The position numbers and the translations under genes are program-made. The notes beneath the pieces were generated by a model. It made no database searches. It had not been told where the DNA came from and saw only the letters and a list, made by a program, of their open reading frames with translations. This document shows, one piece after another, positions 45,431-53,427 of a stretch of DNA of 64,000 bases; position 1 is the stretch's first letter; every line of letters starts with the position of its first letter. Origin of the DNA: an uncultured Acidobacteriota bacterium (GTDB taxonomy: Bacteria > Acidobacteriota > Vicinamibacteria > Vicinamibacterales > 2-12-FULL-66-21); assembly GCA_963697775.1 (NCBI GenBank), contig CAVOPH010000003.1, positions 2,234-66,233 of the forward strand. Direction: 5' to 3'.

Positions 45431-46378
45431 TCATTGCCCGGGATTCTCGTTGAAGTAGAAGGTGACGGTGAAAAACGCGCGGTCGTCGGGATACTCGGGC
45501 GGCAGCGGCTGCGTGGGATTCGAGGCGGCCAGGGCGTTGAACGCCGAATTGTTGAACGAGCCAACATCGGAAGGCCTCAACACTTTCAGCTCGGTAATGC
45601 GTCCATCCTTGCCGACATAAAACGTGATGACGACGTGCCCCTTCTGGAACATCGCGGCTTCGGGGATGAACCAGTTGCGGCGAATCTGGGCGATGAACCG
45701 CCGGAGCCAGGGGCCGAACTCCACGCCCTTCGTGTCGAACTGAATCGCTGGCCCGAATTCCTGATCGCCCCCGCCCTGCGGGTTGGAGTATGAATCGCGC
45801 GGAGCGTACTTCTGGACGTTGCGGATGGCATCCGCGATTACTCCAGCCGACGGACCGCGTTTCGGGAGATCGACCCCCTTGGGCTGCGCGCCAGTCGGAG
45901 ACTCCGGGAGCGTCATGGCCTGGCTGTCTGCCTTTGGCTGCGGCTCTGGCTGGGGAGTCTCGTTCGCGCGCGCCTCCGGTGCGGGCGGTGCGCCTTCAAC
46001 CCGCTCGAATGTATTCCCACGCGAGAACGGCATGTTGTTGGTTGGATTGGGCGCACGCTCAACCGTTCGAGCTTTTCGATCGAGATCCGACAGGTCTGCC
46101 TTCGGTGGAGGCTTTGGTGCCTGGATGTCGACCCGCGGCTGCACGAACACGAATCGCGCGCTTTCACGCTGCCGCCTGAGTTCCTCCTCCTGCAGCTTCA
46201 CAATCTCCTGCTGCCGCTCCGCCTCCCATCGTTTCACGAAGTCAAAGTGCGGCCAGACGAGGATCAGAATGACGACCGAGAGGTAGAAGACAACCGTCAG
46301 CAGCGCGACTTCGAGGCGCGTCAGCGACCGAGGTAGTGTCGGTGTATCCGGCCGAAAGTCCTCGAAGTTGAAGTACAT
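45431..46378 (-). CDS. TonB-family energy transducer
   Basis: 315 aa. N-terminal TM span LLTVVFYLSVVILILVW, Pro-rich spacer (PKPPPKAD, PQPEPQPKAD), C-terminal TonB-like domain GHVVITFYVGKDGRITELKVLRPSDVGSFNNSAFNAL. Confidence 0.75.
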   Translation of the reverse strand: MYFNFEDFRPDTPTLPRSLTRLEVALLTVVFYLSVVILILVWPHFDFVKRWEAERQQEIVKLQEEELRRQRESARFVFVQPRVDIQAPKPPPKADLSDLDRKARTVERAPNPTNNMPFSRGNTFERVEGAPPAPEARANETPQPEPQPKADSQAMTLPESPTGAQPKGVDLPKRGPSAGVIADAIRNVQKYAPRDSYSNPQGGGDQEFGPAIQFDTKGVEFGPWLRRFIAQIRRNWFIPEAAMFQKGHVVITFYVGKDGRITELKVLRPSDVGSFNNSAFNALAASNPTQPLPPEYPDDRAFFTVTFYFNENPGQ

Positions 46379-46399
46379 CAGGGAGTTAACAATTGTAGC

Positions 46400-46625
46400 A
46401 GGTTCGACGAGGTTCTACGGGGTCCTGCTGGGTTCTACAAGGTTCGTTCGGGGTCCTACAAAGTTCACAGACGGTGCCACGCGCAAACTCAGCACTGCCG
46501 GCAGCTGGTAAAACTTGCAGGACAGCGGAACCGGAACGAACCCATCGGAGTCGGAACGAACCCAGCAGAACCCCGAACGAACCCAGCAGAACCCTGTAGA
46601 ACCTTGTAGAACCTGGCAGAACCTT
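46400..46625. repeat. Second decamer-unit palindrome with a GGTTC / GAACC core
   Basis: Left arm at about 46400-46470: AGGTTCGACG AGGTTCTACG GGGTCCTGCT GGGTTCTACA AGGTTCGTTC GGGGTCCTAC. Right arm at about 46535-46625: GGAACGAACCCATCGGAGTCGGAACGAACCCAGCAGAACCCCGAACGAACCCAGCAGAACCCTGTAGAACCTTGTAGAACCTGGCAGAACC. TonB / ubiE spacer. Confidence 0.8.
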
Positions 46626-47342
46626 TTAACTTCGCCGCTCGGCAACAAACAGATAGACGATCCCGAGGGTGAGAGGGACGGCCCGCACATGTGAAAAACC
46701 TGTGGCAGCAATGGTGCGTGAGAACTCGGATGGGGGCGGAAAGGTACCGACTGAGGCAGGAAGGTACGAGTAGGCGCTCTGGTGCCTCGAGACGAAGCGG
46801 CCGACTAGCGGCAGCAGGTAGCGGAAATACCACGCGTACAGCGTGCGAACCCCGGGAATGCGCGGCTGACCGAATTCCAGAATCGCCAGCCGTCCGCCCG
46901 GCCGCATCACGCGTGCGATCTCGGATAACGCGTGTTCAGGCTCGGCCACGTTTCTGATCCCGAACGCAATCGTCGCGGCGTCGCACGACTGATCGGCAAG
47001 CGGGATCCGGGCGGCATCTCCGCGAATCATCCGGATGCGGCGATCGAGGCCCGCGCCGCGTATCTTGCCCAGGCCAAGGCGCAGCATTTCCGCCGCGAAG
47101 TCCACGCCGACGACGGTCGCACCGGGAGTTCGAGTGACGGTCGCGATCGCAAGGTCGGCCGTCCCCGTGCACAGATCGAGCACTCGTGCGTCGTTGGGAA
47201 GCGACAAGGCATCGACCGCCCGATTGCGCCAACCGCGATCCATACCCACACTGAGGAAGTGATTGAGGAAGTCGTAGCGCGGCGCGATCGCGTCGAACAT
47301 GTTCGCGATGCGCGCGGGGCTCTTGTCAGGCGGTTGGCTCAT
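46626..47342 (-). CDS. ubiE: Demethylmenaquinone / ubiquinone C-methyltransferase
   Basis: ATG 47342. MSQPPDKSPARIANMFDAIAPRYDFLNHFLSVGMDRGWR...VLDLCTGTADLA. The upstream 180 codons of ORF 46626..47882 are an antisense-like Arg-rich extension overlapping ubiX. Confidence 0.9.
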   Translation of the reverse strand: MSQPPDKSPARIANMFDAIAPRYDFLNHFLSVGMDRGWRNRAVDALSLPNDARVLDLCTGTADLAIATVTRTPGATVVGVDFAAEMLRLGLGKIRGAGLDRRIRMIRGDAARIPLADQSCDAATIAFGIRNVAEPEHALSEIARVMRPGGRLAILEFGQPRIPGVRTLYAWYFRYLLPLVGRFVSRHQSAYSYLPASVGTFPPPSEFSRTIAATGFSHVRAVPLTLGIVYLFVAERRS

Positions 47343-47365
47343 GAATTCGTGGTCGCGCGAGAGTC

Positions 47366-47986
47366 TCACCCCTTCCACGCCGGGTAGAGCTCGTGCTCGA
47401 AGCCGAGCGCACTGAGGATCTTTCCGGCCATGAAGTCCGCAAGGTCGTCGAGCGTCTGTGGCATCTGGTAGAACGCCGGCATGGCGGGCATGATCATCGC
47501 GCCGGCCTCGGCACAGAGCACCATGTTCCTCAGCTGCGGCAGACTCATCGGCGTTTCGCGCGGGACGATGATCAGCGGACGACGCTCTTTCAGCATGACG
47601 TCGGCGGCCCGCTCGACGAGATTGCGCGACAGGCCGTGCGCGATACCGGCCAGCGTCTTCATCGAGCACGGCACGACGACCATGCCCTGACAGTCCTGGC
47701 TCCCGCTGGCGATCGTGGCCCCGAGATCCTTGTTGCTGTGGAGCGTCGACGTTCCGTTCCTGACGCCGTTGCCGTAGCGCGCGACGAGATAGTCGGAGAG
47801 CTTGTCCGCCGACGCCGTCTCTCCAAGCTCGTCCCGCAGCAGTCGTCGTCCGTAGTCGGAAATCACCAGCTCCAGGTGGCATCCGCGCTCGAGCAGCGCA
47901 GCCATCGTGCGCGTCGCGTAGATGGCGCCGCTCGCGCCCGTGATCGCCAGCGCGATTGAACGCCTGGTCTTGACCTCAGTGGACAT
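47366..47986 (-). CDS. ubiX: Flavin prenyltransferase UbiX (MqnM-equivalent)
   Basis: ATG 47986. SIALAITGASGAIYATRTMAALLERGCHLELVISDYG...VVVPCSMKTLAGIAHG. Confidence 0.9.
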   Translation of the reverse strand: MSTEVKTRRSIALAITGASGAIYATRTMAALLERGCHLELVISDYGRRLLRDELGETASADKLSDYLVARYGNGVRNGTSTLHSNKDLGATIASGSQDCQGMVVVPCSMKTLAGIAHGLSRNLVERAADVMLKERRPLIIVPRETPMSLPQLRNMVLCAEAGAMIMPAMPAFYQMPQTLDDLADFMAGKILSALGFEHELYPAWKG

Positions 47987-48843
47987 ACATCGACGCCGCC
48001 GTGGCGGCAAGATACAGGATACCGACGTAACCGTTGAGATCGAACGCGCGCTTCACCTGGGAGAGGTCGTCCGCGCGGACGAGGGATTGTTCGTACACCG
48101 AGCAGCACCGCGACCCCAGCGACTCCAGCGAGATAGATCGGACCGAGATCGGCGATCGGCCCGAGGAGCGCAAGACACACGATCGTGATCACGTGCATGA
48201 CGCGCGAGATCACGAGCGAACGCGCCACGCCGAAGTGAACCGGAATCGAGCGCAGCCCGTGGGCCTGGTCGAATGCGAGATCCTGACAGGCGTAAAGGAC
48301 GTCAAATCCGCCCACCCACGTGCCGATCGCCAACCCGAGCAGCCAGGGCTCGACTCCCGATCGGCCGCCGGCCGCCAGCCACCCGCCGACGGGCGCGACC
48401 GCCATCGCCAAGCCGAGGAACAACTGCGTGTAGGTCGTAAACCGCTTGGCGAGCGAGTACCAGAAAACAATGGCAAGCGCCACGGGGGCAAGCGCGAGAC
48501 AAAGGGGGCCCAGTTTCCACGCCGCGAACATGAACAGGATTGAAAAGACGGACACAAAAACCGCGGCCTCAGCGCGGCTCATCAGGCCGCGGGGCAGTTC
48601 GCGCATGGCGGTCCGCGGATTCAGCGCGTCGTGCGTCGCGTCGGCCAGTCGATTGAATCCCATTGCCGCACTACGCGCGGCAACCATCGCCACCATGATC
48701 CAGCCGAAGCGGCGGACCATCATCGTGCCGGTCCAGTCAGCCGTCCGATGCAGCGCCAGCAACGCACCGGTCAGCGCAAACGGCAGCGCAAACACCGAAT
48801 GACTGAACCGGACGAACGAGGCGTAGGTGCGGAGTCGATTCAT
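47976..48843 (-). CDS. UbiA-family aromatic prenyltransferase (MqnP-like), interrupted by one extra base near 48103
   Basis: ATG 48843. MNRLRTYASFVRFSHSVFALPFALTGALLA...NRLADATHDALNPRT. After ...GVAGVAVLL the sense moves to ORF 47976..48173 (VYEQSLVRADDLSQVKRAFDLNGYVGILYLAATAASMYVH). The junction CTG-CTC-G-GTG-TAC has one surplus G. Confidence 0.8.
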
Positions 48844-48855
48844 GATGGATCCGTG

Positions 48856-48930
48856 AAATGCTGAATGTTGAGTGCTGCTGAATGAAAACTCGTTCCTCAT
48901 TCAGCAATCAGCATTCAGCAATCAGCATTT
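48856..48930. repeat. Hairpin of heptamer words (GCTGAAT / ATTCAGC)
   Basis: AAATGCTGAATGTTGAGTGCTGCTGAATGA - loop - CATTCAGCAATCAGCATTCAGCAATCAGCATTT, between the amidohydrolase stop and the prenyltransferase start. Confidence 0.8.
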
Positions 48931-50189
48931 CATTCGGTGTCGAGCCATCTGATCGCATCAGGCTCGATACCGCCCACCAGGTATTGTTCCACATCATCGA
49001 TGCCGCGAGGGACTCGGACGGCAATCAGCTCGGCGCGCTTCCCCTTTTCAATCGTGCCGAATTCATCGGCGAAACCAAGCGCCTGCGCGCCGGCAATTGT
49101 GGCGCTTTCGAGAAGCCGTGCGGCCGGAACGTGTGGCGCAAGACGGTGCATGTGCGCGACTTCCGTAAACAGGTTCAAATCGTCGACGCTGGCGAGGCTG
49201 TCGGTGCCGATGGCCACGCGCACGCCCGATTCGTAGAAATCCTGGATCGGTGGCGTTCCCGCGCCGGTCCAGCGGTTACTGCGCGGGCAGGCCACCAGCG
49301 TCGCCCGCGCGACGGCGAGCCGCGCGAGTTCCGGTTGCTGCAGCTGCGTGCCATGGACAGCCAGAAGCCGATCGTTCACGAGTCCAAGCCGTTCGAGATA
49401 TTCCACGGGACCGCAGCCCGGGGGTCGCCATTGTTCGTTCCACGCACCGATCCGGCCCAGTAGCTCACGCCAGGCGCCCGTTCCATTCTGGAGAAACTCC
49501 ATCTCCTCCCCCGACTCCCCGAGATGGACGCTGACGGGGTAATCCCCGGCAGCCTTTCCGATGGCGTGAAAGAGTTCTGGCGAAACGGAAAACGGCGCGT
49601 GCGGCACGATCGATCGACGCCAGGCATCCCGCGGGGTCAAGCGGTCGAGGGACGTCTGCGCCGCTTCGACCTGACGCTGCGGCGAAGGCGAGTTGAAGCC
49701 GAGGAGCTCGAGAAAGATGGCGCCCCCGAGGCGGCTGTCGGAGACGAGGTCGTACGCAGCAAGGGTATTCGTCACGTCGCCGACCAGCGCCGTCCCCGCC
49801 GCACGCGACTCGCGGATGGCAGCGGCGATCGGCGCGGGCGGATCGTTCCCCTGCTCGCGTCGAAGAGCCATGAGCCTCGACGCCCACACCGGCATTGAGT
49901 CTGAGGGCGGAATCCGGTTGCGCATCCACGACAGCTCGAGGTGCGTGTGCGCGTTGACCAGGCCCGGAAGAATCGCGACGTCGCCGAGATCGATGGTTTC
50001 GATGTGCGTGTCGGACTCGGATTCGAACGACCGAGCTGCGCCGTCAGCTGCATCTGTTGCGATCAGGCCGCGCCCATCGTCGAAGGCCGCCGACACTGCC
50101 ACAACACGCGCGTCACGCGTGAGTACACCCCCGTTTCGAATGGGCGGGCCTGAGATCGGCAGAACCCAGGCGGCGCGGTAGAGGATCAC
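48930..50189 (-). CDS. Amidohydrolase-superfamily deaminase (candidate aminofutalosine deaminase)
   Basis: GTG 50189 overlaps the upstream stop (GTGA). VILYRAAWVLPISGPPIRNGGVL...LPGLVNAHTHLELSWM (metal-binding HxH). The function is inferred from its position next to mqnA and the MqnC/E gene. Confidence 0.7.
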   Translation of the reverse strand: MILYRAAWVLPISGPPIRNGGVLTRDARVVAVSAAFDDGRGLIATDAADGAARSFESESDTHIETIDLGDVAILPGLVNAHTHLELSWMRNRIPPSDSMPVWASRLMALRREQGNDPPAPIAAAIRESRAAGTALVGDVTNTLAAYDLVSDSRLGGAIFLELLGFNSPSPQRQVEAAQTSLDRLTPRDAWRRSIVPHAPFSVSPELFHAIGKAAGDYPVSVHLGESGEEMEFLQNGTGAWRELLGRIGAWNEQWRPPGCGPVEYLERLGLVNDRLLAVHGTQLQQPELARLAVARATLVACPRSNRWTGAGTPPIQDFYESGVRVAIGTDSLASVDDLNLFTEVAHMHRLAPHVPAARLLESATIAGAQALGFADEFGTIEKGKRAELIAVRVPRGIDDVEQYLVGGIEPDAIRWLDTE

Positions 50190-51394
50190 TGTCCGGTCAG
50201 GCGCGCCTTTTTCTCGGCGGCGCTGCGGGCAGCGTACTGGCTCAGTTCGGGCGCGCGCGACGAGTCCCCTTCGGCGCGGGCCACTGCCAGTTCCAGCATG
50301 CGGGGCACCTCGCGCTCGCGGAAGATCGGATCGCCCTGCAGCTCGTAGTGCATGTTCCGTCGCTTGGCGATGAAACCTGCGTTCTCGATGTTGCGGACGA
50401 TCTCGATTTCGTCCATGCAGTACGCCGCACCGGCGGCGCGGACAACGTTTTCCTCGATCATCACGCTGCCCATGTCGTTGGCGCCAAAGGCCAGGCTCAG
50501 CTGCCCGACTTTTCCGCCCTGCGTGACCCACGACGCCTGCAGGTTGTCGAAGTTATCGAGCACGAGACGCGCGAGGGCGAGCGTCCGGAGGTAGTCGATT
50601 CCGGTGGCCTCCGAGCCACCAAGCTCCGTGTGCTCGGGCTGGTAACTCCACGTGATGAACGCGGTGAATCCGCCCATCTCGTCCTGCAGTTCCCGCAGGC
50701 GGAACAGGTGTTCGAGCCGCTCTTCCAGCGTTTCGACGGTTCCATACATCATCGTCGCGGTCGTGCGGAGGCCGGCACGATGAGCGTGACGCATCACGTC
50801 GAGCCATTCGTCGGCGGTGGCCTTGCCGTAGCAGTTCAACAGCTTACGGACGCGATCTACGAGAATCTCGGCGCCCCCGCCGGGAACGCTGTCGAGCCCG
50901 GCTGCGATCAGGCGGTCGAGTACCAGCGCCACCGGCAGCCTGGACAGACGCGAAAGATGGATGATTTCCGGCGGCGACAACGCGTGGAGCTTGAAGCGCG
51001 GATATTTCTGCTTCACCGTCTTGAAGAGATCTTCGTACCACTCCAGCGGCAGGTCAGGGTTGTGCCCCCCCTGAAGCAGCAACTGACCTCCGCCGAGGCC
51101 GATCGTCTCGTCTATCTTGCGAAAGATCTCCTCGAACCCGAGGACATATCCCTCGGTCGAGCCCACCGGACGGTAGAACGCGCAGAAGTTGCACCGCGCC
51201 ACGCAGACGTTCGTGTAGTTGACGTTGCGATCGATGATGTAGGTGACGATGCCATCGGGGTGCTTGCGCGCACGGACCTCGTTGGCAAGCTCGCCGAGGA
51301 GCGTCGTCGAAGCGCGTACGTACAGTTCGATCGCATCGGCCCGATCGAGCCGTTTGCCATTGCGCACGTCGGTGGCCAGTTTCTCTACACCCAT
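50186..51394 (-). CDS. Radical SAM enzyme of the MqnC/MqnE (CofH-like) family
   Basis: ATG 51394. NVNYTNVCVARCNFCAFYR (CxxxCxxC), GGGQLLLQGGHNPDL, FGANDMGSVMIEENVV. The 80-codon N-terminal extension in the ORF track lies in the 131-bp repeats. I cannot separate MqnC from MqnE by eye. The neighbouring deaminase favours MqnE. Confidence 0.8.
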   Translation of the reverse strand: MGVEKLATDVRNGKRLDRADAIELYVRASTTLLGELANEVRARKHPDGIVTYIIDRNVNYTNVCVARCNFCAFYRPVGSTEGYVLGFEEIFRKIDETIGLGGGQLLLQGGHNPDLPLEWYEDLFKTVKQKYPRFKLHALSPPEIIHLSRLSRLPVALVLDRLIAAGLDSVPGGGAEILVDRVRKLLNCYGKATADEWLDVMRHAHRAGLRTTATMMYGTVETLEERLEHLFRLRELQDEMGGFTAFITWSYQPEHTELGGSEATGIDYLRTLALARLVLDNFDNLQASWVTQGGKVGQLSLAFGANDMGSVMIEENVVRAAGAAYCMDEIEIVRNIENAGFIAKRRNMHYELQGDPIFREREVPRMLELAVARAEGDSSRAPELSQYAARSAAEKKARLTGQ

Positions 51395-51401
51395 CAAGTC
51401 G

Positions 51402-51795
51402 CTCCGAGGGGCTTCGCCCCTCGGACTCCCCAACACGCGCTCTCGCTCGCCGCTTCGCCGGCTCGCTCCGATCGCGTGGCTCACTCGCGCGCTCGTTCGC
51501 CGAGCGCCCCGTGCTCGGTTTTGAAACCAGTCACTCCGAGGGCTTCGCCCCTCGGACTCCCCAACACGCGCTCTCGCTCGCCGCTTCGCCGGCTCGCTCC
51601 GATCGCGTGGCTCACTCACGCGCTCGTTCGCCAAGCGCCCCGTGCTCGGTTTTGAAACCAGTCACTCCGAGGGCTTCGCCCCTCGGACTCCCCAACACGC
51701 GCTCTCGCTCGCCGCTTCGCCGGCTCGCTCCGATCGCGTGGCTCACTCGCGCGCTCGTTCGCCAAGCGCCCCGTGCTCGGTTTTGAAACCAGTTC
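51402..51795. repeat. Three tandem copies of a 131-132-bp unit, each with a GC-rich hairpin
   Basis: The unit start word CTCCGAGGG recurs at 51402, 51534 and 51665. Each unit contains CCGAGGG(G)CTTCGCCCCTCGG and ends ...CCCCGTGCTCGGTTTTGAAACCAGT. Copies differ at only a few positions. Fills the mqnA / MqnC/E spacer. Confidence 0.9.
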
Positions 51796-51799
51796 TAGT

Positions 51800-52585
51800 C
51801 TAGTAGAACAGCGGCGGCACGAGCGGATTCACGACTCCGGAACGCTCGGCGAGCTCGTAGTACTTGATCAACCCCGCCTCCTCGCGCTCTCCCATCGTGT
51901 ATAGGATATTTTCTCTCAAATAGGACCGCGCGCGCTCGGCGCGTTCTGGGCCGCAGTACGCCGCGGCAACCTCGTCTGACTTGGCCACCCCGCCGTCCCG
52001 CGCCGCAACCAGCGCCGCCACCGCCTCTCGCGACAGCGCGTCACGGCGGCCAGCCCAGAATGCCCAGACAAACGGGAGATCGGTCAGCGACTTCCATTGC
52101 TCTCCGAGATCGATCTTCTCGACGCCAAGCCGCCCGTGATCGAGAAACAGCGCCGGATCGCCAATGATGAGCGCCGCGTCACACCGTCGCAGCATCTGCT
52201 CCGGTTTGGGTGGCATCGGCTGAAAATCCGGATCGATGCCGAATCGCTCGAGGCACAGAACCCTCAGCAGGGCATACGACGTCCTGGAACTTGTGTCTGC
52301 CGCGATCGATCGGATTTTCTCGACTGGAATCTTGGAGAACAGAGCCACCGACGCGACCGGACCGTCCGAGATAATGCCAACACCAGGAACGATGCGATAG
52401 TCACGTCCGCGTTCATACTCGATCGACGGGATCATCCCGACGTCGATCGATCGTTCGTGAAGAAGCGCCGCGCATTTGGACGGCAGGTCGAATCGGAGTG
52501 AGAAGAGATCCGTGCGGAGCTCCAGGCCGTAAACGAGAGGCCGCGCGTTCAGGTAATCCACTGCCCCAAGGCGCGCCACCCCCAT
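51800..52585 (-). CDS. mqnA: Chorismate dehydratase (futalosine pathway)
   Basis: 261 aa. MGVARLGAVDYLNARPLVYGL...DVGMIPSIEY...FVWAFWAGRRD. Confidence 0.85.
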   Translation of the reverse strand: MGVARLGAVDYLNARPLVYGLELRTDLFSLRFDLPSKCAALLHERSIDVGMIPSIEYERGRDYRIVPGVGIISDGPVASVALFSKIPVEKIRSIAADTSSRTSYALLRVLCLERFGIDPDFQPMPPKPEQMLRRCDAALIIGDPALFLDHGRLGVEKIDLGEQWKSLTDLPFVWAFWAGRRDALSREAVAALVAARDGGVAKSDEVAAAYCGPERAERARSYLRENILYTMGEREEAGLIKYYELAERSGVVNPLVPPLFY

Positions 52586-53427
52586 CAGCCAATCGCCTCG
52601 AAGCGCGCGTTCCGCTCAACCGGCTCCAGCCCGGCTGCCCGGATATTCCCGCGAATCTCCTCAATCGGACTGCGGCGCGTGCCCAGAATCCCGGGATCGA
52701 CGGCCGCCACGCCGTCCACATCATCCGCGCCAATGGTCAAGGCAAATTGCGCCAGCTTGGGCCCATACAGCTGCCAGTCAACCTGGATGGACGGGATGTT
52801 GTCAGCCACCAGCCGCGTCAACGCAATCTGCTTCACATCGTCGTACCCGGTCGTCGGTGCCGAGATGGAGATGGTTCGCGGCAGCGGAGCGAATGCGTGA
52901 AAGCCACCCAGCGTTGACTGGAGAGCGCGCGCACGATGCGCGAGCGCGATCCGATCGTCGGGACGCTGAACGTTGACGGTCAGTCTCGTGACCGACAGTC
53001 CGGCGCCACGTGCGGCGGCGATGGCGGCTTCGGCGTTGTCGAGGAGGTCGAGAGGCGCCTCTGAGATCGCTTCGAGACCCGCTTGGCGCAAGGCCGTCAG
53101 GACGTCAGCTAGCGACGATAGGCCTTCGAGCGTGACGAGATCGGCGAGCGAAAACCCGGTCAGCGGAGCGGCAGCCGCGAGGCTTCGGCCGCCGCGAACA
53201 GCGACGATTGCCGCCTCGAGCGAACTGGCCGAACCCACGATCCTGAATTCTCCAGCCGATGTTCGCGCGGGCAGCGACGTCACCGGCGCATCGACGTGAA
53301 TCTCCAACACCCGCACGAAGGTCGTCCGCGCTCCGTGCAGCCGACGCCTGACCTCGTCGGCCTTCATTCCGATCGCGATGAGGTCCCTGCTTCCAAGCAG
53401 CTCCTGCGCTTCAGTCTCCGAAATCAT
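52585..53427 (-). CDS. MqnC/MqnE-like paralog lacking the radical SAM cysteine motif
   Basis: ATG 53427 overlaps the UbiD-type stop (ATGA); an alternative ATG lies at 53433. About 280 aa with no cysteine at all. The C-terminus LAQFALTIGADDVDGVAAVD...IEEIRGNIRAAGLEPVERNARFE parallels FGANDMGSVMIEEN...IVRNIENAGFIAKRRNMHYE of the neighbouring radical SAM enzyme. Confidence 0.6.
   Translation of the reverse strand: MISETEAQELLGSRDLIAIGMKADEVRRRLHGARTTFVRVLEIHVDAPVTSLPARTSAGEFRIVGSASSLEAAIVAVRGGRSLAAAAPLTGFSLADLVTLEGLSSLADVLTALRQAGLEAISEAPLDLLDNAEAAIAAARGAGLSVTRLTVNVQRPDDRIALAHRARALQSTLGGFHAFAPLPRTISISAPTTGYDDVKQIALTRLVADNIPSIQVDWQLYGPKLAQFALTIGADDVDGVAAVDPGILGTRRSPIEEIRGNIRAAGLEPVERNARFEAIG

Noticed and set aside
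44386-45567. Long N-terminal extensions in the ORF track (44386..45567, 46626..47882, 48930..50531, 50186..51634, 40735..41259, 58953..59768, 56584..57387)
   Set aside because: The extensions are Arg/Pro-rich, overlap the upstream gene or repeat arrays, and precede internal starts that give canonical N-termini (P-loop of MiaA, MSQPPDKS of UbiE, GTGA/ATGA overlaps, signal peptides). The coordinates were trimmed accordingly.
51402-51795. CRISPR array
   Set aside because: The units are 131-132 bp and directly abutting, with no unique spacers. No cas genes are in the window.
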